In this document: positions 29,173 through 38,199 of the stretch, one piece after another
Layout of the letters: every line of letters starts with the position of its first letter
Position numbering within the stretch: position 1 is the first letter of the stretch
NCBI GenBank assembly: GCA_964457085.1
Contig: CAYWDM010000001.1
Span: 242,914 to 306,913 of the forward strand
Direction of reading: 5' to 3'
From: an uncultured Pseudomonadales bacterium
GTDB taxonomy: Bacteria; Patescibacteriota; Microgenomatia; UBA1400; PJMF01
Length of the DNA stretch: 64,000 nt
Made by a program: the position numbers and the translations under genes
Notes under the pieces: generated by a model
What the model saw: only the letters and a program-made list of their open reading frames with translations
What the model was told of the DNA's origin: nothing
Databases searched by the model: none

Positions 29173-29514
29173 ATGTTTAGATTTTTTAAACCAATTGCGA
29201 CAGAACATACAACTGAGTTATTTAATGAACTTAAAAAGCTTGGGGTCAACGCCATTCTCGAATACAATGACGGACATAAACATATCGACATAGCCATACT
29301 AGATGCGCGAATCTTTATTGAAGTTGATGGACTCAATCACTACACCAACGCTGAACAGATAGAAAGAGACTTCAAGAGAAATCACTTTTCAGATGGAGAT
29401 GACTTTGACACTATTCATATTCCAAACCTTGTCATTGAGCATCACCGAGTTGCCATTGCAAGGGCAATAGAAAAGATTGTCAGAAAAAGATGCTTGATAA
29501 ACCAGCTCGCTTGA
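29173..29514 (+). CDS. DUF559/Vsr-like PD-(D/E)xK endonuclease-fold protein
   Basis: HIDIAILDARIFIEVDGLNHYT matches the DUF559 core (D...(E/Q)xDG..H) of Vsr-like nucleases. Confidence 0.5.
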   Translation: MFRFFKPIATEHTTELFNELKKLGVNAILEYNDGHKHIDIAILDARIFIEVDGLNHYTNAEQIERDFKRNHFSDGDDFDTIHIPNLVIEHHRVAIARAIEKIVRKRCLINQLA

Positions 29515-29817
29515 AAGTACTAAATATTGCTAATAAAATAGCAATATTGTTCGGTTTTGATCTACTTAGGGGCACAAATTTTTTCTTCATTTTTAAGTAT
29601 TTTTTTCCAGGTGATATAATTTATGTGTAACAGTTACGCAGAAGTCGTGTTGCTGACTGTCGTTGCGTAGTGTTGCTCTTTAGCAACTAAGACCTATTTT
29701 CTCCAATTCTTTTTTTCGCCAGACAAACTCTGCAACCCAATTTGGCCGTTGTGTTGTGGAGAATCGTCTGGTGAGAACCAGATACATCTGCCTACGGGCC
29801 TTTGGAGATGATTACCA

Positions 29818-30132
29818 GTGAAAAAGTTACTTTTACTTGTAGGTGCGCTGTTAGCGCTGGGCGTTGTGCTTATGGCACAAGCTCAGAATGCACAGCCGGG
29901 CAGTCTTGGCGACAGGACAGCTCAGAATTGTCAAAATGGTGGCCTGTCACTCTGTGACTGGTGCAAATACAAAGAAAGTCCAAGCTGTCCTGGTCCTAAT
30001 GGTCGTCCAGAGCATGCAGAGCACACTGCTGACAAAAATGCCAGTAAGTTTGCTCTCCCGATTCTTGTCGGTGCATGTCTAATGACGTTCGCTTTCATTC
30101 TCAACAGAGGGAGAAAAATGGTCTTAGCTTGA
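29818..30132 (+). CDS. small Cys-rich secreted/membrane-anchored protein (GTG start)
   Basis: GGAGAT SD-like upstream. Signal peptide KKLLLLVGALLALGVVLMAQA, four Cys (CQNGGLSLCDWC...SC), and a C-terminal hydrophobic anchor. Locally GC-rich. Confidence 0.4.
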   Translation: MKKLLLLVGALLALGVVLMAQAQNAQPGSLGDRTAQNCQNGGLSLCDWCKYKESPSCPGPNGRPEHAEHTADKNASKFALPILVGACLMTFAFILNRGRKMVLA

Positions 30133-30256
30133 CCTATTTGAGTGCTAGAACCAGCCAATCTGGCACTCAAATTTCCTTTTCGTGCAACTTTTCCGATCCT
30201 TGGTAAGAAAGTGCTATAATTCCGTCCAATTCTTAGAACACAGAACAGAAATTGTA

Positions 30257-30769
30257 ATGCCAGAAAAACTACTTACCATCGACATCGACAACACGCTGCT
30301 CGAAGCTATGGGTGACGAACTATTACCAGGTACAGAAAAACTTCTTGGTTTGCTATACCGAGCATGCATCTCGACAGTGATCTGGACCATCGGTAGTAAA
30401 GAAAGAATCGACAACCTTATTTCCGCACTTGAAAAATCAGATGACTATTTTGCTAAAGAAGCTTTGGCATTGGTCCTTTCAGCAGCATGTTACAGCAATG
30501 GAGAATCCCTACCAGAAATTGCGCCATTTGATGGGCATACTGAAGAAGAAATTTCACGAGCAAGAGCACTCTATCGTAAGGGTATAAAAATCCCAATAGC
30601 AATTGGTGCAAAATTGACCATTGATGATGACTCTGCAGTACATGGGCACGCTCATGAATTTAGGTTTCAGGCTATTGATCCAAATGCTAATCGACCCAGA
30701 GAAAAGGGAAGTATGGCAATCAACTCTTGGGCAGAAACTATCATTCAACAAGTATTGGCAAATATTTAA
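30257..30769 (+). CDS. hypothetical protein (N-terminal DxDxT-like motif)
   Basis: LTIDIDNTLLEA resembles a HAD motif I, but the rest is not HAD-like. ATG 30257 is preferred over the ORF-track start. Confidence 0.35.
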   Translation: MPEKLLTIDIDNTLLEAMGDELLPGTEKLLGLLYRACISTVIWTIGSKERIDNLISALEKSDDYFAKEALALVLSAACYSNGESLPEIAPFDGHTEEEISRARALYRKGIKIPIAIGAKLTIDDDSAVHGHAHEFRFQAIDPNANRPREKGSMAINSWAETIIQQVLANI

Positions 30770-30825
30770 ACAGTACAATGGCCCTCATCTACAAAGGCTG
30801 TAACAGTATCAATTAGGTATTAAAA

Positions 30826-31419
30826 TTATAGTGCCGCTCCCTCAAAACCAGGGCAGTTTGCGGTTGCCCAATCCAAATATTCACTAGTACACTCAAATTT
30901 AATTCCCTGATCTGGTCCTGGCATACAGTTAACCCAATTATTTTGAGGACAGGTGTGGCCAGCATCACCTGGTATGACAGCAATACATTTTGTATTTGGT
31001 TGATGCCAACAAGAGCTTCTACCTGCTTCTTCGTACACCCAGTCCTCTGGAGTACCTGTTTTTTTCTGTGTACTATCACCCCAATACCAGCCAACACTTA
31101 ATTCCTGGTCATCAATGAGCGGTCGAGGATCATCCCCAGTCGGCATCAGAGTTGGTGGCTCCTCAACCATAATCTCTTGTATCCATCTCACACCATCGTC
31201 AGTAACACATTGTGCCGGATATGTTTCCAAGAGTTTGCTTCCAGGATGCTGAGCACATGTTTCAAAGTCAAAAATATTTGGATGAATAGACACCCTTGTG
31301 TCCCTACCATCAAGCAGCTTTTTGGCAAATTGACTCGAGTACATCACGACTGCACCTAATGCAAAAACAGCTAAATATTTACTTGCTTGGACTAAACTTG
31401 AATCTACTTGATTTGGCAT
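30826..31419 (-). CDS. Cys-rich secreted or membrane-anchored protein
   Basis: GAGGAAA SD upstream. N-terminal hydrophobic helix. Twelve Cys spread through the mature part. Confidence 0.5.
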   Translation of the reverse strand: MPNQVDSSLVQASKYLAVFALGAVVMYSSQFAKKLLDGRDTRVSIHPNIFDFETCAQHPGSKLLETYPAQCVTDDGVRWIQEIMVEEPPTLMPTGDDPRPLIDDQELSVGWYWGDSTQKKTGTPEDWVYEEAGRSSCWHQPNTKCIAVIPGDAGHTCPQNNWVNCMPGPDQGIKFECTSEYLDWATANCPGFEGAAL

Positions 31420-31552
31420 AGATATTTCCTCAATATGTCCAGTATAGCGGTTTTTTAACTAAAGCCAAAACGATCAAAATGTTGAACAAGTAGAGTGGGT
31501 TTTTTGAGCTTTTCTCGAGCCAAGTTTGCGATATAATACACAGTGTTATTTC

Positions 31553-31626
31553 GGGTCAGTAGCTCAGCTGGTTAGAGCGCCTCCCTCTTAAGGAGGATGT
31601 CGTGGGTTCGATTCCCACCTGACTCA
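31553..31626 (+). tRNA. tRNA-Lys(CTT)
   Basis: Acceptor GGGTCAG/CTGACTC, anticodon loop CTCTTAA, T-loop TTCGATT, discriminator A. Confidence 0.9.
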
Positions 31627-31645
31627 CAAATTAGAGGATCTACCT

Positions 31646-32128
31646 ATGGTTACTCCTGAGAATCAGCCAAACAGAGTAGAGGATGATCAGCTAGAGGAAC
31701 TCAAAAAAGCTGAAACCGAATTTATAGCTTTTGCTACACAGTTTTTAGAGAAATTTCCAAGTAGTGACGAAAGGTGGTTTGGAGGTGATGACAACTTTTT
31801 TTATTTCAAGGTTGAGCACAGATCTGCAAGTGAAACGTCAATAAAGCTAATGAACCTTAGAGAGCAGCGTATTCCATCATCTTCCACAGAGAACCCTTTG
31901 GGTGATTTAGACAACTCCGATATTGTTTTTAAACTCAATCTAGTTTTTAGAAACAATGCAATTAATTTTATACTGTTCACAGGAGAACCACTGTCTTCAG
32001 GAAGAATAAATACCAGAATACTTTCTTTCCCGGTTGAGGAGGGCAAATTAGAACTGTTAGCAGAAATTATTCCAAAACTCAAAGAGATTATGGCTACTTT
32101 TAGCGAACTAACTCAAGAAAAAAGTTAA
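31646..32128 (+). CDS. hypothetical protein
   Basis: GAGGAT SD upstream. 160 aa. No motif recognised. Confidence 0.5.
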   Translation: MVTPENQPNRVEDDQLEELKKAETEFIAFATQFLEKFPSSDERWFGGDDNFFYFKVEHRSASETSIKLMNLREQRIPSSSTENPLGDLDNSDIVFKLNLVFRNNAINFILFTGEPLSSGRINTRILSFPVEEGKLELLAEIIPKLKEIMATFSELTQEKS

Positions 32129-32165
32129 TTACCCCCAAGCATCAAGACATCATTCGCTGTGTTAA

Positions 32166-32645
32166 CTATTTTGTCTGCATCATTTTTTCAGCCCAAACCT
32201 GCATAGCTGCATCAACTTTAGGAATCACACTTTTCACTGACTCTATTTGCCAAGCAAGTCCATCCGCAAGTGATTCTGGAGTATTGTAAAAATTATCATC
32301 AAAACACGACTGACAAGCGGCTACAATTGCACCATAACTAGTCCATCCGAGCTTAACGTCTAATTTATGTGGCTCTTTTTTCAAACTTGGAGCTAACGAC
32401 TCAAGCATTCCTTCGACTAAAATGTCAGAAGCAGCATTGCCAGCTTGCAAGAGCACATGTTCCACAGTGAAAGTCTCTGCCCACTTTAAATCTCCCTGTT
32501 GTCTAAATTTTCTAAACCTCAAATTAACTTTTGTGCCATCGGTAAATGTTAATTGATGCATTAAGACATCTTTGTTATAGCCAAAGTCAGCCGGATTGAG
32601 TGGAGTGACCTCATTGATACCCAAATCAGGGCACAGATCTTTCAT
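32166..32645 (-). CDS. hypothetical protein
   Basis: Intact 159-aa ORF. No motif recognised. Confidence 0.5.
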   Translation of the reverse strand: MKDLCPDLGINEVTPLNPADFGYNKDVLMHQLTFTDGTKVNLRFRKFRQQGDLKWAETFTVEHVLLQAGNAASDILVEGMLESLAPSLKKEPHKLDVKLGWTSYGAIVAACQSCFDDNFYNTPESLADGLAWQIESVKSVIPKVDAAMQVWAEKMMQTK

Positions 32646-32941
32646 TTTGGACTGCAGCTTCGTAACAAGCTTTGAACTCTTTATTAGATTCTGTTAGATT
32701 TTTGATAAACGACAGATGTTTAGTTGCTTCAAGCATAGAAAAATTAATCACACCTCAATTGCATAAGATGTTTATATAGTAGCTACCGTATCATTTTTTT
32801 ATACAGATTCCAACTATGCTAAAAAGCCCTATTCGTCAACAAATCATGAATATAATGATGAGTAACCTCAACTCAGTGTACATTCTCTTTTTTTCGACTA
32901 TACTAACTCAATATTAATTACCCGAAACTAGGGGGTATTTC

Positions 32942-33301
32942 ATGTCAGAAGAACCAAAAGTCAAAGTTGCAAAAGTAGAGTTCACCAAAGAGGACATTGA
33001 TAAAAACAAAGGTATGGCAATTATTGCCTATCTCATTTTCTTCATTCCATTGCTTACCGAAGCCAAGGAGAGTCCATTTGTAAAATTCCACATTAAGCAG
33101 GCGATCATTTTGATCATTGCTGGCGTTTTGGTCTCAGTGGTTGGCAGCATCATCCCATTCTTGGGTTGGTTCTTAATTGCACCAATTGGTTCATTAGTGG
33201 TATTAGTACTTTGGTTCATCGGCATTTTACATGCAGTAAATGGTGAGGCCAAAGAAGTCCCAATTGTGGGCAAATACGCAGAACAGTATTTAAAGTTCTA
33301 A
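32942..33301 (+). CDS. small membrane protein (DUF4870-like, 3 TM)
   Basis: GGGGGT SD upstream. MAIIAYLIFFIPLL...KFHIKQAIIL is characteristic of DUF4870-type proteins. Confidence 0.5.
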   Translation: MSEEPKVKVAKVEFTKEDIDKNKGMAIIAYLIFFIPLLTEAKESPFVKFHIKQAIILIIAGVLVSVVGSIIPFLGWFLIAPIGSLVVLVLWFIGILHAVNGEAKEVPIVGKYAEQYLKF

Positions 33302-33356
33302 TTGAAGATTTAATCTCAAGCCGAGTGGTCACCACTCGGCTTGATTTATAACATCC

Positions 33357-34253
33357 ATGCAGATCCTGTCCGGCTCCTCCAATCACCAACTAGCCCAAGA
33401 AATTGCCAGTGAATTACAAACTCCACTTGTTGAAGTTAAAATTCAAAAATTTGCAAACGGTGAAAAACGAGTTTGGGTACAGGGTGAGCTGCGTGGTCAA
33501 AATGTCACCTTAGTACAGTCATTCAGTAATCCCAGTGACGAGCACATCATGGAGACATTATTGATTGCCGACGCAGTCGAAAGACTTGGTGCCCGCAATC
33601 TTAATTTAGTACTGCCTTGGATGGGGTATTCACTTCAAGACAAAGTCTTCCGACCAGGGGAACCAATTGCTGCTAAAGTTGTTGCCAACTTAGTCTCCAG
33701 TTCTCCAATTAAGCGTGTCTTCTTACTTGACCTGCATAACAGTAGTATTCCAGGATTTTTCTCGATTCCAACTGAGCATCTCTCATTAATCGATGCGTTT
33801 GTTGACCACTGCAAAACACACTTTAATTTGTCAGAAGTAATTGTTGCCAGTCCAGATTTCGGAGGACTCAAACGAGCTCGAGTATTTGCAGATAAATTGG
33901 GCGTAGATTTGGTAAATTTTGATAAAAAACGCAATGTCACCACTGGCGAGATCGAAATCGCCAACCTACATGGTGATGTAGCTAACAAGATAGTTCTCAC
34001 CTTTGACGACGTCATCGTCTCTGGTGGAACAGTCACACAAATTGCTCAAGTGGTGAAACAGAATCATGCCAAGGAAGTTCATTTCTTAGCCACTCATTCA
34101 CTTTTTGCTAACCAAGCACTTGAAAAAATTGATGCTTCTGTAATTGATTCAATCATCACTAGTGACTCCGTTTCACATCAAGAAACCAGCTCAAAAGTCA
34201 CCACGGTTAGTTGTGCAAAATTATTTGCAAGTGCACTCAAAAATTGGTCATAA
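33357..34253 (+). CDS. prs: ribose-phosphate pyrophosphokinase
   Basis: N-terminal pattern FSGSSNxxLAxEIA-like, the PRPP-binding loop (VLTFDDVIVSGGT), and a length of 298 aa. Confidence 0.85.
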   Translation: MQILSGSSNHQLAQEIASELQTPLVEVKIQKFANGEKRVWVQGELRGQNVTLVQSFSNPSDEHIMETLLIADAVERLGARNLNLVLPWMGYSLQDKVFRPGEPIAAKVVANLVSSSPIKRVFLLDLHNSSIPGFFSIPTEHLSLIDAFVDHCKTHFNLSEVIVASPDFGGLKRARVFADKLGVDLVNFDKKRNVTTGEIEIANLHGDVANKIVLTFDDVIVSGGTVTQIAQVVKQNHAKEVHFLATHSLFANQALEKIDASVIDSIITSDSVSHQETSSKVTTVSCAKLFASALKNWS

Positions 34254-34345
34254 ATAGACCGCAAATTAGCTAGCTTCTTCAAGACTTTTTCAAAAATAAA
34301 CCTGGCTTGAGTCAGAGGTCATTGGCGATTAGAATACCCCTATAT

Positions 34346-35575
34346 ATGAAATTATCGCAACTTAGTTTTCAACCCACCCAAACTCCTCCGTCCAATGCCG
34401 AGACCATCAATCACAAACTATTAGTTCAGGCCGGTTTTGTTCGCCAGCTCATGGCAGGTGTCTACACCTACTCACCAATTGGCTTGCGTGTGCTCAATAA
34501 CATACGCAATGTCATCCGCACCGAAATGAATAGTATCGGTGGGCAAGAAGTATTGATGCCGTCACTGCAGCCGAGTGCCAATTGGAAAACAACCGGCGGT
34601 TGGAATACCATTGATGTGTTATTTAAAGTCAAAAGTCGCACCGGCAAAGATTATGCACTTGGTCAGAGTCACGAAGAAATCGTGACCCCGCTGGCTAAAG
34701 AATTTATCCGCAGTTACCGTGACCTCCCCATTGCACTCTATCAAATTCACTGGAAATTCCGCGATGAACTTCGTGCTAAATCAGGCATTTTGCGTGGTCG
34801 TGAGTTCGAGATGAAAGACATGTACAGTTTCCACGAAACTCAAGCTGATTTTGATCGATTCTATCAAGAGGTTAAAGAAGCATATCTTCGTGCGTACAAA
34901 AAAGTTGGTTTGGTTGCTAAAGTCACCGAGGCAAGTGGTGGCAATTTTACCAGTAAAATCTCCTATGAATTCATGGTGCTCACAGACGCTGGTGAGGATG
35001 ATATCTATTATTGCCCCGACTGCGAATTCTGTGTGAATAGTGAGATCGCTAAGGTCAAAGCTGGCGATAATTGTCCAAAATGTGACAATGCAAAACTACT
35101 CGCAGCCAGAGCATCTGAAGTTGGCAATGTCTTTGATTTGGGTCAAAAATACGTCAAAGACTTCGACGTCACCTATGCTGACCGAGAAGGCAAAAAAGCC
35201 TATCCCATCATGGGCTGTTACGGTTGGGGTACCACTCGAATCATGGGTGTCTTAGTTGAAAAACTTAACGATGCTCGTGGGATCATTTGGCCAGCAAGTA
35301 TTGCTCCATTCCAGGTGCAGTTAATTTCACTTGGTGAATCGGTAGATAAAGCAAAAGCACTCTACGAACAACTCACTGCTGAGGGTGTTAGTGTGCTTTG
35401 GGATGATCGCGAAGTATCTGCCGGTGTCAAGTTTGCAGACGCAGACTTAATCGGCAATCCAGTTCGGCTAGTACTCTCACCAAAAACTGGCGAGCAGGTT
35501 GAGTGGAAAAATCGCACAGAAACAACCACCGAATTACTATCGATACCAGAAGCCATAAGTCGACTTGCCAAATAA
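34346..35575 (+). CDS. proS: proline--tRNA ligase (short form)
   Basis: N-terminus ...ETINHKLLVQAGFVRQLMAGVYTYSPIGLRV and the class II motif-2/3 regions. The start at MKLSQLSF (34346) is preferred over 34307. Confidence 0.8.
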   Translation: MKLSQLSFQPTQTPPSNAETINHKLLVQAGFVRQLMAGVYTYSPIGLRVLNNIRNVIRTEMNSIGGQEVLMPSLQPSANWKTTGGWNTIDVLFKVKSRTGKDYALGQSHEEIVTPLAKEFIRSYRDLPIALYQIHWKFRDELRAKSGILRGREFEMKDMYSFHETQADFDRFYQEVKEAYLRAYKKVGLVAKVTEASGGNFTSKISYEFMVLTDAGEDDIYYCPDCEFCVNSEIAKVKAGDNCPKCDNAKLLAARASEVGNVFDLGQKYVKDFDVTYADREGKKAYPIMGCYGWGTTRIMGVLVEKLNDARGIIWPASIAPFQVQLISLGESVDKAKALYEQLTAEGVSVLWDDREVSAGVKFADADLIGNPVRLVLSPKTGEQVEWKNRTETTTELLSIPEAISRLAK

Positions 35576-35578
35576 TCT

Positions 35579-35923
35579 ATGTCACCAATTCATAGAGGAG
35601 TAATTTTCACCAATCATGCTTGGCAACGCCTCGATGATCGGACAATTTCTGCCGATATGGTAGTGGAAACAATCTCATATCCAGAAAAACGTTTTGCATC
35701 TGGTCAGTCTGGTACTAAATTCATCAGAACTCTGCGTGGTCGAAAAGTGCATGTAGTGGCCGAAAAAAATCGTGACTCTCAGTGGGTGGTTATTTCCACT
35801 TGGGTGAGGGGAGAAAACGATAAAATTCCACTGGCTTGGCAACTTATCACTGCTCCATTTCGACTACTTTGGTGGATTTTACAGCAATTGTGGCGAACCA
35901 TTTTTGGCAAACCAAAAAAATAA
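35579..35923 (+). CDS. DUF4258-domain protein (toxin-like) with a C-terminal hydrophobic tail
   Basis: IFTNHAWQRLDDRTISADMVVETI...KFIRTLRGRKVHVVAEKN...WVVISTWVRG matches the DUF4258 consensus. A Trp/Leu-rich tail follows. Confidence 0.5.
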   Translation: MSPIHRGVIFTNHAWQRLDDRTISADMVVETISYPEKRFASGQSGTKFIRTLRGRKVHVVAEKNRDSQWVVISTWVRGENDKIPLAWQLITAPFRLLWWILQQLWRTIFGKPKK

Positions 35924-36260
35924 ACACCACAAAGTGGCAAACGTTGTTGTAACTGTGCTGTAAACGCTACACACTGTCTACTTAGTTGCAGAAACTGCTA
36001 CTATTATATAGTCCTATATAAATATATTCACTTAGCCTGTGAGTGAGATATATAGCTATACTTCAACCTATTTTGACCATGTGTTTTTACCATATCAAAC
36101 CCTATAGTACCCTTAAATCCCGGTGAGGAGCCCACTGCGATGTACCTTTTGAACTCGCTTCATTATGGTCATCGCGGTGGGTAATTTTTTTGACAATTTC
36201 AATTTTTTCTGTGTACATTCAAGTTCAAATTTGATAACCAGCAGTTGCTATACTAAAACC

Positions 36261-37247
36261 ATGAATCACCCCAAACTCGCATTTGTAGGTTTTGGCAAAC
36301 ATGCACAAGCCAACCTATATCCCGCAATTAAGCAGCTCGGATATCAAATAGCTGCAGTTGCGACGCAACACGAAGAGTCAGCCCAAAAAGCTGCCGCCGA
36401 ATATCACATTCCTGCTACCTACACTGATCATCTACGAATGTTGCAGCAAGAAAAACCAGATGCAGTCTTTGTGGTCGCCAAATACAATCAACAGTATTCA
36501 ATCGTCAAAGATGCACTAGAATCCGGTGCCCACGTTTTTGTAGAGAAACCACTAGGCGTGAGTCTAGTCGAAGCACAACAAATCGCAGATCTAGCAACAA
36601 GCTCCAACAAGCAAGTCATGGTTGGATTCATGAAGCGATTCGCCCCTGCATATCTCAAAGCTAAACAGTTAGTGGAATCTGCTGATTTCGGACAACCTTT
36701 GGCCATTACTGAGTTTTTTGCCTGCCGTAATTTCGCTACAAACAACTTGGAGTATATGTTGCTTGCAGCCAGTCACTACATAGATCTATTGAGGTTTTAT
36801 TATGGTGAAGTTGAATCTACAACAGGAGCAAGCGTCGTCAAAGATGGTGCTCTAATGCAATCCTTTTCATTACAATTCAAAAATGGTGCCATTGGCTCAC
36901 TACAGTTTGCAGGTGCTCCGGCATGGGAGAGAGGAGCACAGCAAATCACTTTAACTGGCACAAATGGGTATATTACTATTTCAGGAATTGACTCAGTCTC
37001 TGCTCTGATCAAGGAATCTCACTCGAGTGTACCTGGCTGGCAAACAGTAAACTGCCAAGAAAAAAACTTCAATAGCATGCTAACAACAAGTGGTGGTGGA
37101 ATGCAGTCGATATATCTAAACGGATATGTGGATGAAATCAAACACTTTGTTGAAGCTATTTCAAATAATACCGAGATTCAAAACTCGGCTGCTGAAAATG
37201 TTAAAACCATGCAATTGATTGAACGACTACAAATTGCATTAGCATAA
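36261..37247 (+). CDS. Gfo/Idh/MocA-family NAD(P)-dependent oxidoreductase
   Basis: N-terminal Rossmann KLAFVGFGKHAQ...YP, then EKPLG, typical of the family. ATG 36261 is preferred. Confidence 0.75.
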   Translation: MNHPKLAFVGFGKHAQANLYPAIKQLGYQIAAVATQHEESAQKAAAEYHIPATYTDHLRMLQQEKPDAVFVVAKYNQQYSIVKDALESGAHVFVEKPLGVSLVEAQQIADLATSSNKQVMVGFMKRFAPAYLKAKQLVESADFGQPLAITEFFACRNFATNNLEYMLLAASHYIDLLRFYYGEVESTTGASVVKDGALMQSFSLQFKNGAIGSLQFAGAPAWERGAQQITLTGTNGYITISGIDSVSALIKESHSSVPGWQTVNCQEKNFNSMLTTSGGGMQSIYLNGYVDEIKHFVEAISNNTEIQNSAAENVKTMQLIERLQIALA

Positions 37248-37323
37248 TAACCCCACAGTCGCCGTTAATCAGCCTTGTAGCCAGAGCTACAGCACCGGTA
37301 TAATCTGTATATAAGGAATTACT

Positions 37324-38199
37324 GTGTCAAATCGATTGCTCATTGTTACTCATCATGCCCCAGACTTAGATGCCATTGCTTCCGTGTGGCTACTCAAACG
37401 ATTTGCAGCTCAGGATTTCGCAGACGCACGTGTGGGCTTCGTGAATCCCGGTGCCACGATTACCCTCGAGGAAGCTGAAGAACATGGATCACAATTACAT
37501 GAAGTAACTCACACTGACACGGGTTTTGGAGAATTCGATCATCACCAACCAGAGCGAGCCATGCTTCGCGTCTGTGCCACCAGTTTGGTGTATGACCATG
37601 TCTGCAAGATACACCCAGAGCTTCACGATGACAAGGCACTGCAAATCCTTGTTGAGCATGTTAATCAAGTTGATCATTTTGAAGAGATTTTTTGGCCTGC
37701 AAGCAGTGAGCCACGCAATTTATTAATGATCCAAGATTTGATTAAGGGCTGCGAGCTCACAGACCCACACGACGATGAATCACAACTGTATTTTGGCTTT
37801 GCCTGCCTCGAAAAAGCCTATGCGATCTTGACGCTACACTGTGGTGCAAAAAAGATAATTGCCGAAAAAGGCCAAGAGTTTACTATCAAAGCAGGGAAGT
37901 GTTTGGCAATCGAGACCAGTAACGATGACACCATTAAATTGGGCCAAAAAATGGGCTACGTGTTGGTAGTCAGAAAAGATCCTAAGATCGGTATTATGCG
38001 GGTTAAAGTCAGACCAGATGCTGATCTTGAGCTCACTGCATTAGCAGCCAAAGTTAAAACAGCTGATCCCACAGCCAACTGGTTTTTCCATGGCAGTGGC
38101 AAGATGTTACTCAACGGATCTGTTAAGGATCATGACCAGAAACCAAGTCGCTTATTACTCGAACAAATGGTAACTTTTATTCAGGAACTATATGGCTAA
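37324..38199 (+). CDS. DHH-family phosphoesterase
   Basis: Motif I HHAPDLDAIAS and motif III EFDHHQ. No clear DHHA1 GGGH. Confidence 0.7.
   Translation: MSNRLLIVTHHAPDLDAIASVWLLKRFAAQDFADARVGFVNPGATITLEEAEEHGSQLHEVTHTDTGFGEFDHHQPERAMLRVCATSLVYDHVCKIHPELHDDKALQILVEHVNQVDHFEEIFWPASSEPRNLLMIQDLIKGCELTDPHDDESQLYFGFACLEKAYAILTLHCGAKKIIAEKGQEFTIKAGKCLAIETSNDDTIKLGQKMGYVLVVRKDPKIGIMRVKVRPDADLELTALAAKVKTADPTANWFFHGSGKMLLNGSVKDHDQKPSRLLLEQMVTFIQELYG

Larger units (their letters stand above)
23087..29577. mobile_element. putative integrated rolling-circle element (serine integrase + HUH Rep + cargo) at the tRNA-Arg 3' end
   Basis: The integrase abuts the tRNA. The candidate att repeat CTT(C)AGGGGCACA occurs at 23076-23088 and 29565-29576. 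Cargo genes lack SDs, whereas flanking host genes have them. Confidence 0.45.

Noticed and set aside
31553-31626. tRNA-Lys as the right-hand att site of the 23-kb element (an island of about 8.5 kb from tRNA-Arg to tRNA-Lys)
   Set aside because: tRNA-Lys is a different, intact tRNA. Its similarity to the tRNA-Arg 3' end is confined to the universal T-loop. The 13-bp CTT(C)AGGGGCACA match at 29565-29576 is the better boundary candidate.
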